Below are positions 8,728 through 17,356 of a stretch of 64,000 nucleotides of DNA, one piece after another. Source of the stretch: Ferruginibacter sp. (GTDB lineage Bacteria; Bacteroidota; Bacteroidia; Chitinophagales; Chitinophagaceae); NCBI GenBank assembly GCA_044225995.1, contig JBGAHV010000013.1:7319-71318 (forward strand). The letters run 5' to 3'. Below the pieces are notes generated by a model. That model ran no database searches, had not been told where the DNA came from, and was given only the letters and a program-made list of their open reading frames with translations. Every line of letters begins with the position of its first letter. Within the stretch, counting starts at the first letter, position 1. A program made the position numbers and the translations under genes.

Positions 8728-9648
8728 TTACAAAAGAAAACTTACATGAAGCATCATTCGGTTATTGGATTTTACAAATCCGTTTGCCAAATTTTGCGAT
8801 AAAGGAGTTTGCCAGTTAGCGCCAGCAGAAATTTTTTTTCCGGATACTTCTAAGCCAGCTCCACCCATTAATAGCCGGCCGCCAGAAACATCCACAATTA
8901 TCTTATTATCGATATCCTTTTTTGACCTTTCATAAATAATTCCGGCATTGGGTGCAATCGTATATTTTTTCATTACCCTGATTTTATAATAGGCTTGTGC
9001 TGAAACATTCAGTTTGTTGCCATAATTATAATTACTGCTGTTAGCTGTGTTCATTTTATAGCTTGCCGAAATGTTTACACCAAAGTCCTGCAGCCTTGCA
9101 TCATACATGGCATTTAATGTAAAATCGGTACTGGCTGTACCAAGTTGAAACAGGTTTGTATTTTGCGATGTATTCATTTTATCAGCAGCAACATATTGCC
9201 CGGTCGGTAATTTTATTCCGCCACCAATCCACAGTGTTTGCACCAGCAGTTTATCCGGCATCAACTGCGACTGGCTGTTTAATACCTGGTAATATGCGTT
9301 AACGGAGATATCGCCCAGGCCATTTTTCGTTTTCACAGTACCCAGATTTTCTCTTTCGTTAAAAGCATAAGGAAGTGCTGCCATGATTCTGAATTTTTTT
9401 CCAAGATTCCAGCCACCCCATAATTCTGCGGTGCGGTACATTTCTGCTGTAGTGAGGTAGGTAATATTTCCGCCAGCGCCAATATGTGTTTGCAGAGAAT
9501 TATACCGGTATCTTATACCAATAATGTGTTTATGAAATTCGGGTAAAATACCGATGTAATAACCACCTACACCACAACCGCAGATATCACAAGCATGTAT
9601 ATGACCGGCGCTGAACAAAAAAATAAATATGGTTAATAGTTTTTTCAT
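8728..9648 (-). CDS. Outer-membrane beta-barrel protein with a His/Cys-rich mature N-terminus
   Basis: 306 aa with a signal peptide, followed by HIHACDICGCG. The rest shows the alternating amphipathic pattern and aromatic C-terminus (HVSFLL) typical of small porin-like barrels. Confidence 0.7.
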   Translation of the reverse strand: MKKLLTIFIFLFSAGHIHACDICGCGVGGYYIGILPEFHKHIIGIRYRYNSLQTHIGAGGNITYLTTAEMYRTAELWGGWNLGKKFRIMAALPYAFNERENLGTVKTKNGLGDISVNAYYQVLNSQSQLMPDKLLVQTLWIGGGIKLPTGQYVAADKMNTSQNTNLFQLGTASTDFTLNAMYDARLQDFGVNISASYKMNTANSSNYNYGNKLNVSAQAYYKIRVMKKYTIAPNAGIIYERSKKDIDNKIIVDVSGGRLLMGGAGLEVSGKKISAGANWQTPLSQNLANGFVKSNNRMMLHVSFLL

Positions 9649-9654
9649 TTGTTG

Positions 9655-10680
9655 CTACTGTTCAGAAAATCTTTTATCAGTAATAAAAACCCTGTCGTTA
9701 AGCGTATTTAAAAATGCCAGCAGTTTAGCTTTTTCATCGGCCGTTAACGCAATGCCCTGTTGAAGGGTTGGGTCAAGATTTGGTGTGTTTTGTACCTGGC
9801 TGTTATAGTGTTCCAATACACCATCCAAATCAAGAAACCTGCCGTCGTGCATATAAGGTTGAGTGTATTTAAGGTTCCGCAGGCTGGGCACTTTAAACTT
9901 GTATTTATCCTGGTTGTTAAGTGTAACAAGATATCGTCCCTCGTCATTGACATTACTTATGCTGATGCCGTTATTCCTGAAAGAGTTATCTGTAAACAGC
10001 GGTTCTGTGTGGCAGCTGTTGCATTTTTGTTTAAAAAGATTATAACCCAACAGTTCATCAGCTGTAAATACAGCACCTTGATTACGCGTTACGCTGTCAT
10101 ATTTTGCATTACTGCTAACGCACATTGTCATAAACTGCGAAAGGGCTTTCAAAAATCTTGTGCTGTTGATTTCACTTGTGCCATATGCCTTATTGAACAA
10201 TTGAGGATAAACAGAAGAGCTGCGCAGTTTATTCAGCACATTGGTGATATTCTCATCCATTTCCACATGGTTGGCAATAGGAGCCAGCGGCTGTAGATCA
10301 AGGTCGAAAATACCTCCATCCCACATAAACGATGTACTCCATGCAAGGTTCATTATAGGTGGGGAATTGCGGGTACCAATGCGGTCGAAAATTCCATGAC
10401 TTACACTATGCCCATGCTGAGTAAATGCAGATGTTTGAATATGACAGTTGCCACAACTGATGGTATTATTAGCCGACAATACAGGATCATAAAACAGTTT
10501 TCTTCCGAGTTCAAAACCCTCTTTTGTAACAGCATTGGCAGAGAAGTTATATACTGGTTGTGGAAAGTTAAACGGTTTTTTAAACCCCTCAAAAGGCATT
10601 GATGAATCAACAGCAGCTTTGTTGCAGGCATATATGCCTGCAACAAAGCAAAATATTACTGCAATATACTTTCGGTTCAT
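9655..10680 (-). CDS. Di-heme cytochrome c peroxidase family protein (MbnH/MauG-like), copy 2
   Basis: 341 aa with CGNCHIQ and CNSCHTEP heme motifs plus FKVPSLRN and PYMHDG. By eye it is roughly 50% identical to copy 1. Confidence 0.85.
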   Translation of the reverse strand: MNRKYIAVIFCFVAGIYACNKAAVDSSMPFEGFKKPFNFPQPVYNFSANAVTKEGFELGRKLFYDPVLSANNTISCGNCHIQTSAFTQHGHSVSHGIFDRIGTRNSPPIMNLAWSTSFMWDGGIFDLDLQPLAPIANHVEMDENITNVLNKLRSSSVYPQLFNKAYGTSEINSTRFLKALSQFMTMCVSSNAKYDSVTRNQGAVFTADELLGYNLFKQKCNSCHTEPLFTDNSFRNNGISISNVNDEGRYLVTLNNQDKYKFKVPSLRNLKYTQPYMHDGRFLDLDGVLEHYNSQVQNTPNLDPTLQQGIALTADEKAKLLAFLNTLNDRVFITDKRFSEQ

Positions 10681-10685
10681 ACCTT

Positions 10686-11471
10686 TTAATTTTCAGTATG
10701 ATCATGACGAAACATGGTCGCATAATTATTTGCGATAGTCGTACTGTAACCTGTAAACATTACCATTGAGTTTGCTGCAATACTTACATTGGCAGTTCCG
10801 GTAAATGCCTTCAATATATCCGCCATTAAATGAATGTTGGTGCTTTTACTGCTTTTTACTTTAGCAGTACCTCTTGCTGTAAGGTCCAGTGTAATGGTTT
10901 TAATATTATTAATGGTGGCTGAGGTATATCCGCCAAAACCTCCTATATGGTACATATATCCCATTGCGGAAGCAGGTGACGTACCTTCCATTTTAAAAAA
11001 GATGTAACCACTGTTCCATGTCCAGTACATATCGGCACCAGTCCCTGTAGGATCAAGATCACCGGTCCTTTTACTTACGTCCATTGTATTTCGCAAACTG
11101 TCCACACCCAATACAAAGCTCAGCGTTTTGTACTCGCCTTCTGGTACTTTTAGTTCGGCTTCGTGTCTGTTGGCATCGGATTCGTCGATTAAAAAATAAC
11201 AGCTGTCTTGAGGAACGGTGTAAACTGTTCCATCTGTTTTGGTAAGTTTAAAATTACTTACAAAATATTTTAGCTTGGTTACCTTAAAGCTTTCGCCTGA
11301 AGCATTGGTATAAGAACCGGTATTCAGTTGTAAATCTGAAGAGCCTGCAATATTGTCAAACTCAACCGAAAGCTCCCCTTTTGCATTCGCATCATACTCT
11401 GGTGTGGAGTCTTTTTTACACGATGTAAAAAAAAGTGTTATGGTTGTTGCTAAGATGATAATATGTTTCAT
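10686..11471 (-). CDS. MbnP-like (WxW motif) lipoprotein, copy 2
   Basis: 261 aa with the lipobox FFTSC. LKYFVSNFKLTKTDG and YWTWNSGYIFFKMEG parallel copy 1. Confidence 0.65.
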   Translation of the reverse strand: MKHIIILATTITLFFTSCKKDSTPEYDANAKGELSVEFDNIAGSSDLQLNTGSYTNASGESFKVTKLKYFVSNFKLTKTDGTVYTVPQDSCYFLIDESDANRHEAELKVPEGEYKTLSFVLGVDSLRNTMDVSKRTGDLDPTGTGADMYWTWNSGYIFFKMEGTSPASAMGYMYHIGGFGGYTSATINNIKTITLDLTARGTAKVKSSKSTNIHLMADILKAFTGTANVSIAANSMVMFTGYSTTIANNYATMFRHDHTEN

Positions 11472-11735
11472 AAAAAATTAATAGTTGTGACCAAAGCTTT
11501 TACAGCTTTTCTGAATCATTTGTTTTATTTAAGAATAATGTGCGCTGTTTGTTGCTGAAGTTTTGGGCAACTAACTGCATCAATAAAGACAGGTATCTGT
11601 TAATACCTTAAAATTAAAGAGATGGCTTTCCGGGCTTATAAATTAAACCATACAAAACATATAGTTCCTGCAATCTCATTCCTTTTTATCAGAATGAAAA
11701 ATGCATATGAGCAAAATAAGCTCCGGGATTTGCAA

Positions 11736-12125
11736 TTAAACAATGGGAGGGTGAAATATGGTACGTGGCCTTTTATGTTCACGGCCGGTGGTGTTTTGAA
11801 TATAATATTTTACTGAGGACATTACGGTAAAAACAGGTATTGCCGCAAAAAAAGATCTTGATGAAAGCACGGTAACCTTGATTTCCCATTTATGCTCCTG
11901 ATTCTCCTGCTCTTTCTTCTCTTCTTCCCGTATCTTTTTCATCATTTGGCATTTACCGTTACAATGCAGCTTTGGCCGGGCTTTATTGATACAGTTTTTT
12001 GCATAAGCATCCGGGTTAATATAATAACCCAGCTGTATAAATGCTCCGTTAAAAGTTTGACCTGCAAAGGCAACAATTAATAATATGGCTGATAAATACC
12101 TTATCACGGCGCAAAGATAATTCAA
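11736..12125 (-). CDS. Hypothetical membrane-anchored protein with a Cys motif (CINKARPKLHCNGKCQ)
   Basis: 129 aa with an N-terminal TM helix, a Cys-containing segment and then a charged EEEKKEQENQE stretch. The function is unknown. It lies upstream of the copper-type cluster on the same strand. Confidence 0.5.
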   Translation of the reverse strand: MNYLCAVIRYLSAILLIVAFAGQTFNGAFIQLGYYINPDAYAKNCINKARPKLHCNGKCQMMKKIREEEKKEQENQEHKWEIKVTVLSSRSFFAAIPVFTVMSSVKYYIQNTTGREHKRPRTIFHPPIV

Positions 12126-12214
12126 TTCTGACTTGATGTTATGATTGCAATCACATTCATCAAAAAAAATTTAGAAGCAGGTGTATATTACACAGCTTTC
12201 TGTATCTTCAAAAC

Positions 12215-13606
12215 ATGGCAGTTAAGCAAAACAAACTCAACCTGTTCGACTTTACCATGATTGTGGTGAGCCTGGTAATTGGTATGGGCATTTTCCGCAC
12301 ACCAGCTAATGTTGCCAAGGCTGCACCCGATACATTTTTATTTTTTGCTGCATGGTTGGCGGGTGGGCTTGTGGCTCTTTGTGGCGCCCTTACGTATGCA
12401 GAAATCGGCAGCCGATTGCCTGTTACAGGCGGTTATTATAAAGTGTTTTCTTACGCCTATCATCCATCCGTTGCATTTGCCATTAACTGTGTAATTCTTG
12501 TTTCAAATGCGGCGTCTCTGGCAGCGGTGGCGTTGGTGGGTGGCGAATATATTACCGGCATTTTCATTCCTGCTTCAAAAGAAAAAGCATGGATTGATGT
12601 GGCGGCCAATGCCACTTATATACAAACCATACAGATTACTATTGCCATTGTTGCCATCATCATTTTTTACGGCGTAAACCTTGCCGGCTTAAAGCTGAGC
12701 GCTAAAACACAAAATGTACTGACGGTTATAAAGATCATACTCATCCTTTTACTGATTGCCCCAATATTTTTTGCAGACAACCATTCGGCAGTACAGCATT
12801 TAAACACTGCAACTGTTTCTCCAACCTTAAGGGAATACATTAAAGCTTTTGGCATTGGGCTGGTGGCAGTAAGCTTTACCTATGGGGGTTACCAGCAAAC
12901 CATCAACTTTGGTGCGGAGGTGGATAAGCCTTCTAAAAATATACCCCGTGGTATTTTCTTTGGCATTGCCACTATCATAACATTGTATCTTACCATTAAC
13001 TATGCATACATTAAAGTAATAGGGTTTGATACATTGCATATGCCCGAAACAAAAAACATTGCAGCCATTATGGCTTCCAAAATATTTGGAGTAAATGCAG
13101 AAAGAATATTGTCGGGCTTTTTATTTTTAAGTGTACTGGCTTACGTAAATGTTTTGTTGATGAGCAACCCACGGGTGATGTATGCCATGAGTGAAGATAA
13201 AATTCTGCCGGATGTATTTAAGCAGCGCAACCCAAAAACAGATGTGCTCACTGTTTCTCTGTCTGTTTTTGCCGCAATCTGCATCATCATTATTTTTTGG
13301 GCAAAGGAGTTTGATAAGATTTTAAGCTTCACTATTTTTTTAGACTGCTTTGGGATGATACTTTCCGCTGCCACTATTTTTATCCTCCGTAAAAAAACAA
13401 AGCATTTGGATGACACCGGCATTTACAAAATGAAGCTGTTCCCTGTTATGCCTGTAGTGTTTATTCTGGCTTATACCTTTGTGGCAATAAGCATAGCGCT
13501 TGAGCCAGTTAAAAAAGGGGAAGTGAATGCAGCTGTTATGGGCTCTATTGTTATGGCAGTGTTTGCAGCCTTATACTTTTTGTTGAATCAGCTAAAGAAG
13601 AAATAA
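12215..13606 (+). CDS. APC-superfamily amino acid permease
   Basis: 463 aa with about 12 TM segments. The N-terminal FDFTMIVVSLVIGMGIF and AEIGSRLPVTGGYY match APC-family signatures. Confidence 0.85.
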   Translation: MAVKQNKLNLFDFTMIVVSLVIGMGIFRTPANVAKAAPDTFLFFAAWLAGGLVALCGALTYAEIGSRLPVTGGYYKVFSYAYHPSVAFAINCVILVSNAASLAAVALVGGEYITGIFIPASKEKAWIDVAANATYIQTIQITIAIVAIIIFYGVNLAGLKLSAKTQNVLTVIKIILILLLIAPIFFADNHSAVQHLNTATVSPTLREYIKAFGIGLVAVSFTYGGYQQTINFGAEVDKPSKNIPRGIFFGIATIITLYLTINYAYIKVIGFDTLHMPETKNIAAIMASKIFGVNAERILSGFLFLSVLAYVNVLLMSNPRVMYAMSEDKILPDVFKQRNPKTDVLTVSLSVFAAICIIIIFWAKEFDKILSFTIFLDCFGMILSAATIFILRKKTKHLDDTGIYKMKLFPVMPVVFILAYTFVAISIALEPVKKGEVNAAVMGSIVMAVFAALYFLLNQLKKK

Positions 13607-13637
13607 CTTTTTTAATTTTTACTTTTAACTTACCGCA

Positions 13638-14798
13638 ATGGATATTTCTTATATCATAAACGAGCTGGCCGAAGACAGGGAAAACTATTTTAATGCTGTT
13701 GCGCCTCCCATTATGCAAACCAGCAATTTTGTTTTTAAAACGGTGGATGATATGCGTAATGCATTCGCCGATGAATACAGCACTTATTTATACAGCCGTG
13801 GCCGAAATCCAACTGTTGATATTCTTAGAGCGAAATTAGCGGCATTGGATGGTGCAGAAGACTGTTTGGTTTTTAACAATGGTGCTGCTGCTACATTTGC
13901 AGCAGTGCTGGCCAATGTAAAAAGCGGCGACCATATTGTTTGTGTTGACAAACCTTACACGTGGACACAAAAACTCTGCAATGATATTTTACCACGGTTT
14001 GGTGTAACCACCACTTATATCGATGGTACCAATATTGAAAATTTTGAACGGGCAGTTTTACCAAACACTTCTTTAATTTATTTAGAAAGCCCCAACAGCT
14101 GGGATTATAAAATACAGGATTTAAAAGCAGTAGCTGAACTGGCAAAAGCAGAAAACATTACAACCATCATAGACAACAGTTATTGCACACCGCTGTATCA
14201 AAGGCCTATTGAATATGGCATTGATTTAGCCATGCAAACTGCCACCAAATACATCAGCGGGCACAGTGATACATTAGGTGGTGTACTAAGCGGCAGCAGG
14301 CAAATGATAGAAAAAATATTTAACAGCGAGTATATGAATGCAGGTGCTGGCATACAACCTTTTAATGCATGGCTGTTATTACGCGGTTTACGCACACTAC
14401 CCGCCAGGCTGGACAGGATCACCAATTCCACTCAAAAAGTTTTGGCTTTTTTAAAGCAGCATCCTAAAGTGGAGTCTGTTATTTTTCCTTTTGATGAAAC
14501 CTTTCCTCAATTAGCATTAGCCAAACAGCAAATGAAAGGCGCCTGCGGCCTGATGACTTTTATTATTAAAGCAGATAACATTATGCAGATAGAAAACTTC
14601 TGCAACAGCCTTAAGCATATTTACATGGCAGTAAGCTGGGGCGGCCACGAAAGCCTTATTATACCCAAATGCAGCGGCATTAAAAGAGAGAGCTTTATTG
14701 CCGCCAGTAAAGAGCACCGCATGCTGCGCCTGTATGTTGGGCTGGAAGAGCCGGAATACTTAATAAAAGATTTAGAGCAGGCTTTTGATAAAATGTAA
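13638..14798 (+). CDS. PLP-dependent Cys/Met metabolism enzyme (cystathionine lyase/synthase or methionine gamma-lyase family)
   Basis: 386 aa. The PLP-lysine context is TATKYISGHSDTLGG, and the overall layout fits the Cys/Met-metabolism PLP family. Confidence 0.85.
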   Translation: MDISYIINELAEDRENYFNAVAPPIMQTSNFVFKTVDDMRNAFADEYSTYLYSRGRNPTVDILRAKLAALDGAEDCLVFNNGAAATFAAVLANVKSGDHIVCVDKPYTWTQKLCNDILPRFGVTTTYIDGTNIENFERAVLPNTSLIYLESPNSWDYKIQDLKAVAELAKAENITTIIDNSYCTPLYQRPIEYGIDLAMQTATKYISGHSDTLGGVLSGSRQMIEKIFNSEYMNAGAGIQPFNAWLLLRGLRTLPARLDRITNSTQKVLAFLKQHPKVESVIFPFDETFPQLALAKQQMKGACGLMTFIIKADNIMQIENFCNSLKHIYMAVSWGGHESLIIPKCSGIKRESFIAASKEHRMLRLYVGLEEPEYLIKDLEQAFDKM

Positions 14799-17222
14799 TT
14801 ACTCAATTATTTTCTCCAAATGAATCATCCTGCCATTGGCATCTGTACCTTCTATTACCACTTTTAAGCGTTTTGTAATATCGTTGTTATAAAATACAAT
14901 GGTAGAAGAAGGTGTTGTTTTATCAAGCAAAAGATAAGGTTGCCAGTACAATGTACTTCTTAAGTCAACATTCGCTTCTCTTGCTTTGGCATCGCTGTAA
15001 TCGGGTGAATTAAACTCTTTCGTGGCAGAGTAGCCGGCAATTTTTGTTTTACTCAGTTTACTGGGCAATTTTTGCCACCCTTCTTTTTCATCGCCTCCTT
15101 TTTTCAAGTAGATTAATAACCCTGGTGGAAAGCCTTGCTTGCCTGGTAGAGAATGCAACACTTTAACATAAGCTATGCTGCTGATATCAATCGTTTGCAA
15201 ACGGTCATTATCAGCTTCAAATTCATTAATGTAAATAACAGGAGCAGCAAGGCCTGTAATGGAAGGAAGCTGAATTGATTTAAAAGGCCAGTTTTTTGTT
15301 GATACCACTGCGCCAGGTACTTTATTTGCCAGGTAATTATAAATGTCCATTTGTGCCTCCGCCATTTCATCATGCAAAACATCAAAAGCAAACGTATTAG
15401 AATTTATGCCTGCAAACATAACCGCATACTTTTCATCCATTTTAAAAATAGGGTCATCTTTCCAGCTTCGTTTGCCGTTGCTTTTTACCACCAGCTCACT
15501 TAATAATTTGCTGCTCTTTTCAAAGTTGGGGTTTTTATTTTTTAGATCCGTGGCAAAATGTTGCGTATATCCTGCCTGGCTCTGGCCAGCTGGGGTTATT
15601 ACGTTTTTATATTCATCTGGTAATTTAAACTCTGGCAGTTTTGTTGCCAGCCCATTGTAGTTTTTTGCAAATGAAATACTGGTGTTATTATCTGCTGCAG
15701 AATTAGCTTTATACATCACTGTAGCACTGTCGTAAAACACCAGCCCGCTCAGCATAAAACTGCTGTCGCTTTTTACAGGCACATTAAACCAGCGTTTACT
15801 GCTGTCGGTAAATATCAAAATAAGGTTTACCAATGCTGTATCTTTTGCTTTAGGTTTATACTGGCTCAGCTTTCCGTAAATGCTTAACAGGTTATCATAA
15901 GCATAGCTGCTTTTATTTGCTGCCTGTGTAACTACTGCATTCCAGTTATACCTCCGTAAAGCCATAGTTTGCATCAGCAGGTTTGCTTTTACAGCTGCAC
16001 CCGGGGTGCTGTTTGCCAAATACTGGTTTGCGTTGTTTATATAATTGGCGGCATCATTTCTCAGTAACAGGTTGCTGTAAATACTTTCAGTTAGCGGCGC
16101 TGTTTCCAGCTCTGCATCATAAACCGAAACTGATAAATCGGCAGCGGCAGTATCTTCTACTTTTACTTCAATTATATTTTTTTCCCTTTTACCTGTACCC
16201 TTTTGCAAAATCGTTACCGAAGCATTTATCTTATACTCATTATTGTTTATAAAAACGCCGGCATCTGCCAGTGGCTGGTTATTGCTGTTAAAAACTGTTA
16301 ACTGTAATACACCTGTAGAAAAATCTTTGGTATTTATTTTCTGTGTTACCCGGTTTTGCTGCATGTTCATAACTGCCGTGTACACCACTTCATCATTCAT
16401 GGTTGCCAGTAAAGTAAGCTTATCTTCTGCCGTGGTTGAGGTAATCATGTAATAAAGCTCTCCGTCCACCTGCTCTGTGTGCAGCAATGTGCCACTGCTT
16501 TTGGTTTCAGGTAAAGGTGTACGCCGGAAAGTACCGGTATTATCTTTCCATTCTGCCGAATATGTTTCACCGGGCTGCGGTGTGAATTTTAAAACGCCCA
16601 TTCCGTCGTTTGTGGTAAGGAGGCTGTCGATAACTTCACCTTTATTATTTTTAACAACGCCGGAAATTTCAAATGGCAATCCATTATCTATGGTTGCCTT
16701 AAAGGCCACATAATTATACAATCCTTCAACCAGGTTGCCCCCTTCAGGATAAAACCGCAGTATAGCTGCTTCGGTATTGGATAATGCTTCATGTAAAGGC
16801 GCTGTACCAGCAACCGGCAGTTTTTTAAAAAAGCCAGGTATGCTGTCCGCTATTTGCCGGGCAGTGCAAGCCCTGATGTAAAAGGTGGTTCCGGCAATGG
16901 TGTCTGGTAAGGTAAAAAAGTTATCGGCCGAGCCGGATAAAACAGGCATGGATTTATGCTGAATTACCTTCCCGTTGTTATCAAGCAAATCGGCGTATAA
17001 GCTGGTGGCTGAAGTTGCCGGTACGCCTCCCCAAAATAAATAGGCTTTAAACCATATCGTTTCTCCCGGGAAATAAATTTCCTTGTCCGTGTGAATGTGC
17101 AGTTTTTCTGTTGGATGGTTGGCTGTATAGGCAGTATATAATTCATCAATATTTTGTGAGGAGCAATATAAAGAAGCGGAAAGGAACAAAAACAGGAAGA
17201 GGGTTGGTAAAGATGTTTTCAT
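14799..17222 (-). CDS. Large secreted hypothetical protein with an alpha-2-macroglobulin MG2-like N-terminal segment
   Basis: 807 aa with a signal peptide. HIHTDKEIYFPGETIWFKAYL resembles MG2-domain starts. I recognise nothing in the rest. Its stop codon abuts the stop of the convergent PLP enzyme gene. Confidence 0.7.
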   Translation of the reverse strand: MKTSLPTLFLFLFLSASLYCSSQNIDELYTAYTANHPTEKLHIHTDKEIYFPGETIWFKAYLFWGGVPATSATSLYADLLDNNGKVIQHKSMPVLSGSADNFFTLPDTIAGTTFYIRACTARQIADSIPGFFKKLPVAGTAPLHEALSNTEAAILRFYPEGGNLVEGLYNYVAFKATIDNGLPFEISGVVKNNKGEVIDSLLTTNDGMGVLKFTPQPGETYSAEWKDNTGTFRRTPLPETKSSGTLLHTEQVDGELYYMITSTTAEDKLTLLATMNDEVVYTAVMNMQQNRVTQKINTKDFSTGVLQLTVFNSNNQPLADAGVFINNNEYKINASVTILQKGTGKREKNIIEVKVEDTAAADLSVSVYDAELETAPLTESIYSNLLLRNDAANYINNANQYLANSTPGAAVKANLLMQTMALRRYNWNAVVTQAANKSSYAYDNLLSIYGKLSQYKPKAKDTALVNLILIFTDSSKRWFNVPVKSDSSFMLSGLVFYDSATVMYKANSAADNNTSISFAKNYNGLATKLPEFKLPDEYKNVITPAGQSQAGYTQHFATDLKNKNPNFEKSSKLLSELVVKSNGKRSWKDDPIFKMDEKYAVMFAGINSNTFAFDVLHDEMAEAQMDIYNYLANKVPGAVVSTKNWPFKSIQLPSITGLAAPVIYINEFEADNDRLQTIDISSIAYVKVLHSLPGKQGFPPGLLIYLKKGGDEKEGWQKLPSKLSKTKIAGYSATKEFNSPDYSDAKAREANVDLRSTLYWQPYLLLDKTTPSSTIVFYNNDITKRLKVVIEGTDANGRMIHLEKIIE

Positions 17223-17231
17223 AAACAGAAG

Positions 17232-17270
17232 ATAGTTTTATGAATTAAAGATAGTTTTTATGAATTAAAG
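17232..17270. repeat. Tandem 19/20-bp duplication in a divergent promoter region
   Basis: ATAGTTTTATGAATTAAAG (17232-17250) is followed immediately by ATAGTTTTTATGAATTAAAG (17251-17270). Confidence 0.8.
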
Positions 17271-17356
17271 AATAAGTTAAAGTACTTTTGTAACCTGCTT
17301 TAAACCGCCTGTAAAAATGCATCCGGTTCATGGGCAGGAAAGTTTATTTTTGTTAT

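Noticed and set aside
5794-11471. I considered a methanobactin (RiPP) biosynthetic cluster, because of the MbnP/MbnH-like genes.
   Set aside because: There is no MbnB/MbnC-like gene, no small precursor ORF with a Cys-rich core and no MbnT-type TonB receptor. Only the MbnP/MbnH-type accessory pair is present.
12142-12153. The perfect 12-bp palindrome TGATTGCAATCA in the divergent promoter upstream of the amino acid permease looked like an operator candidate.
   Set aside because: Roughly 15 perfect 12-bp palindromes are expected by chance in 64 kb. A single occurrence has no supporting context.
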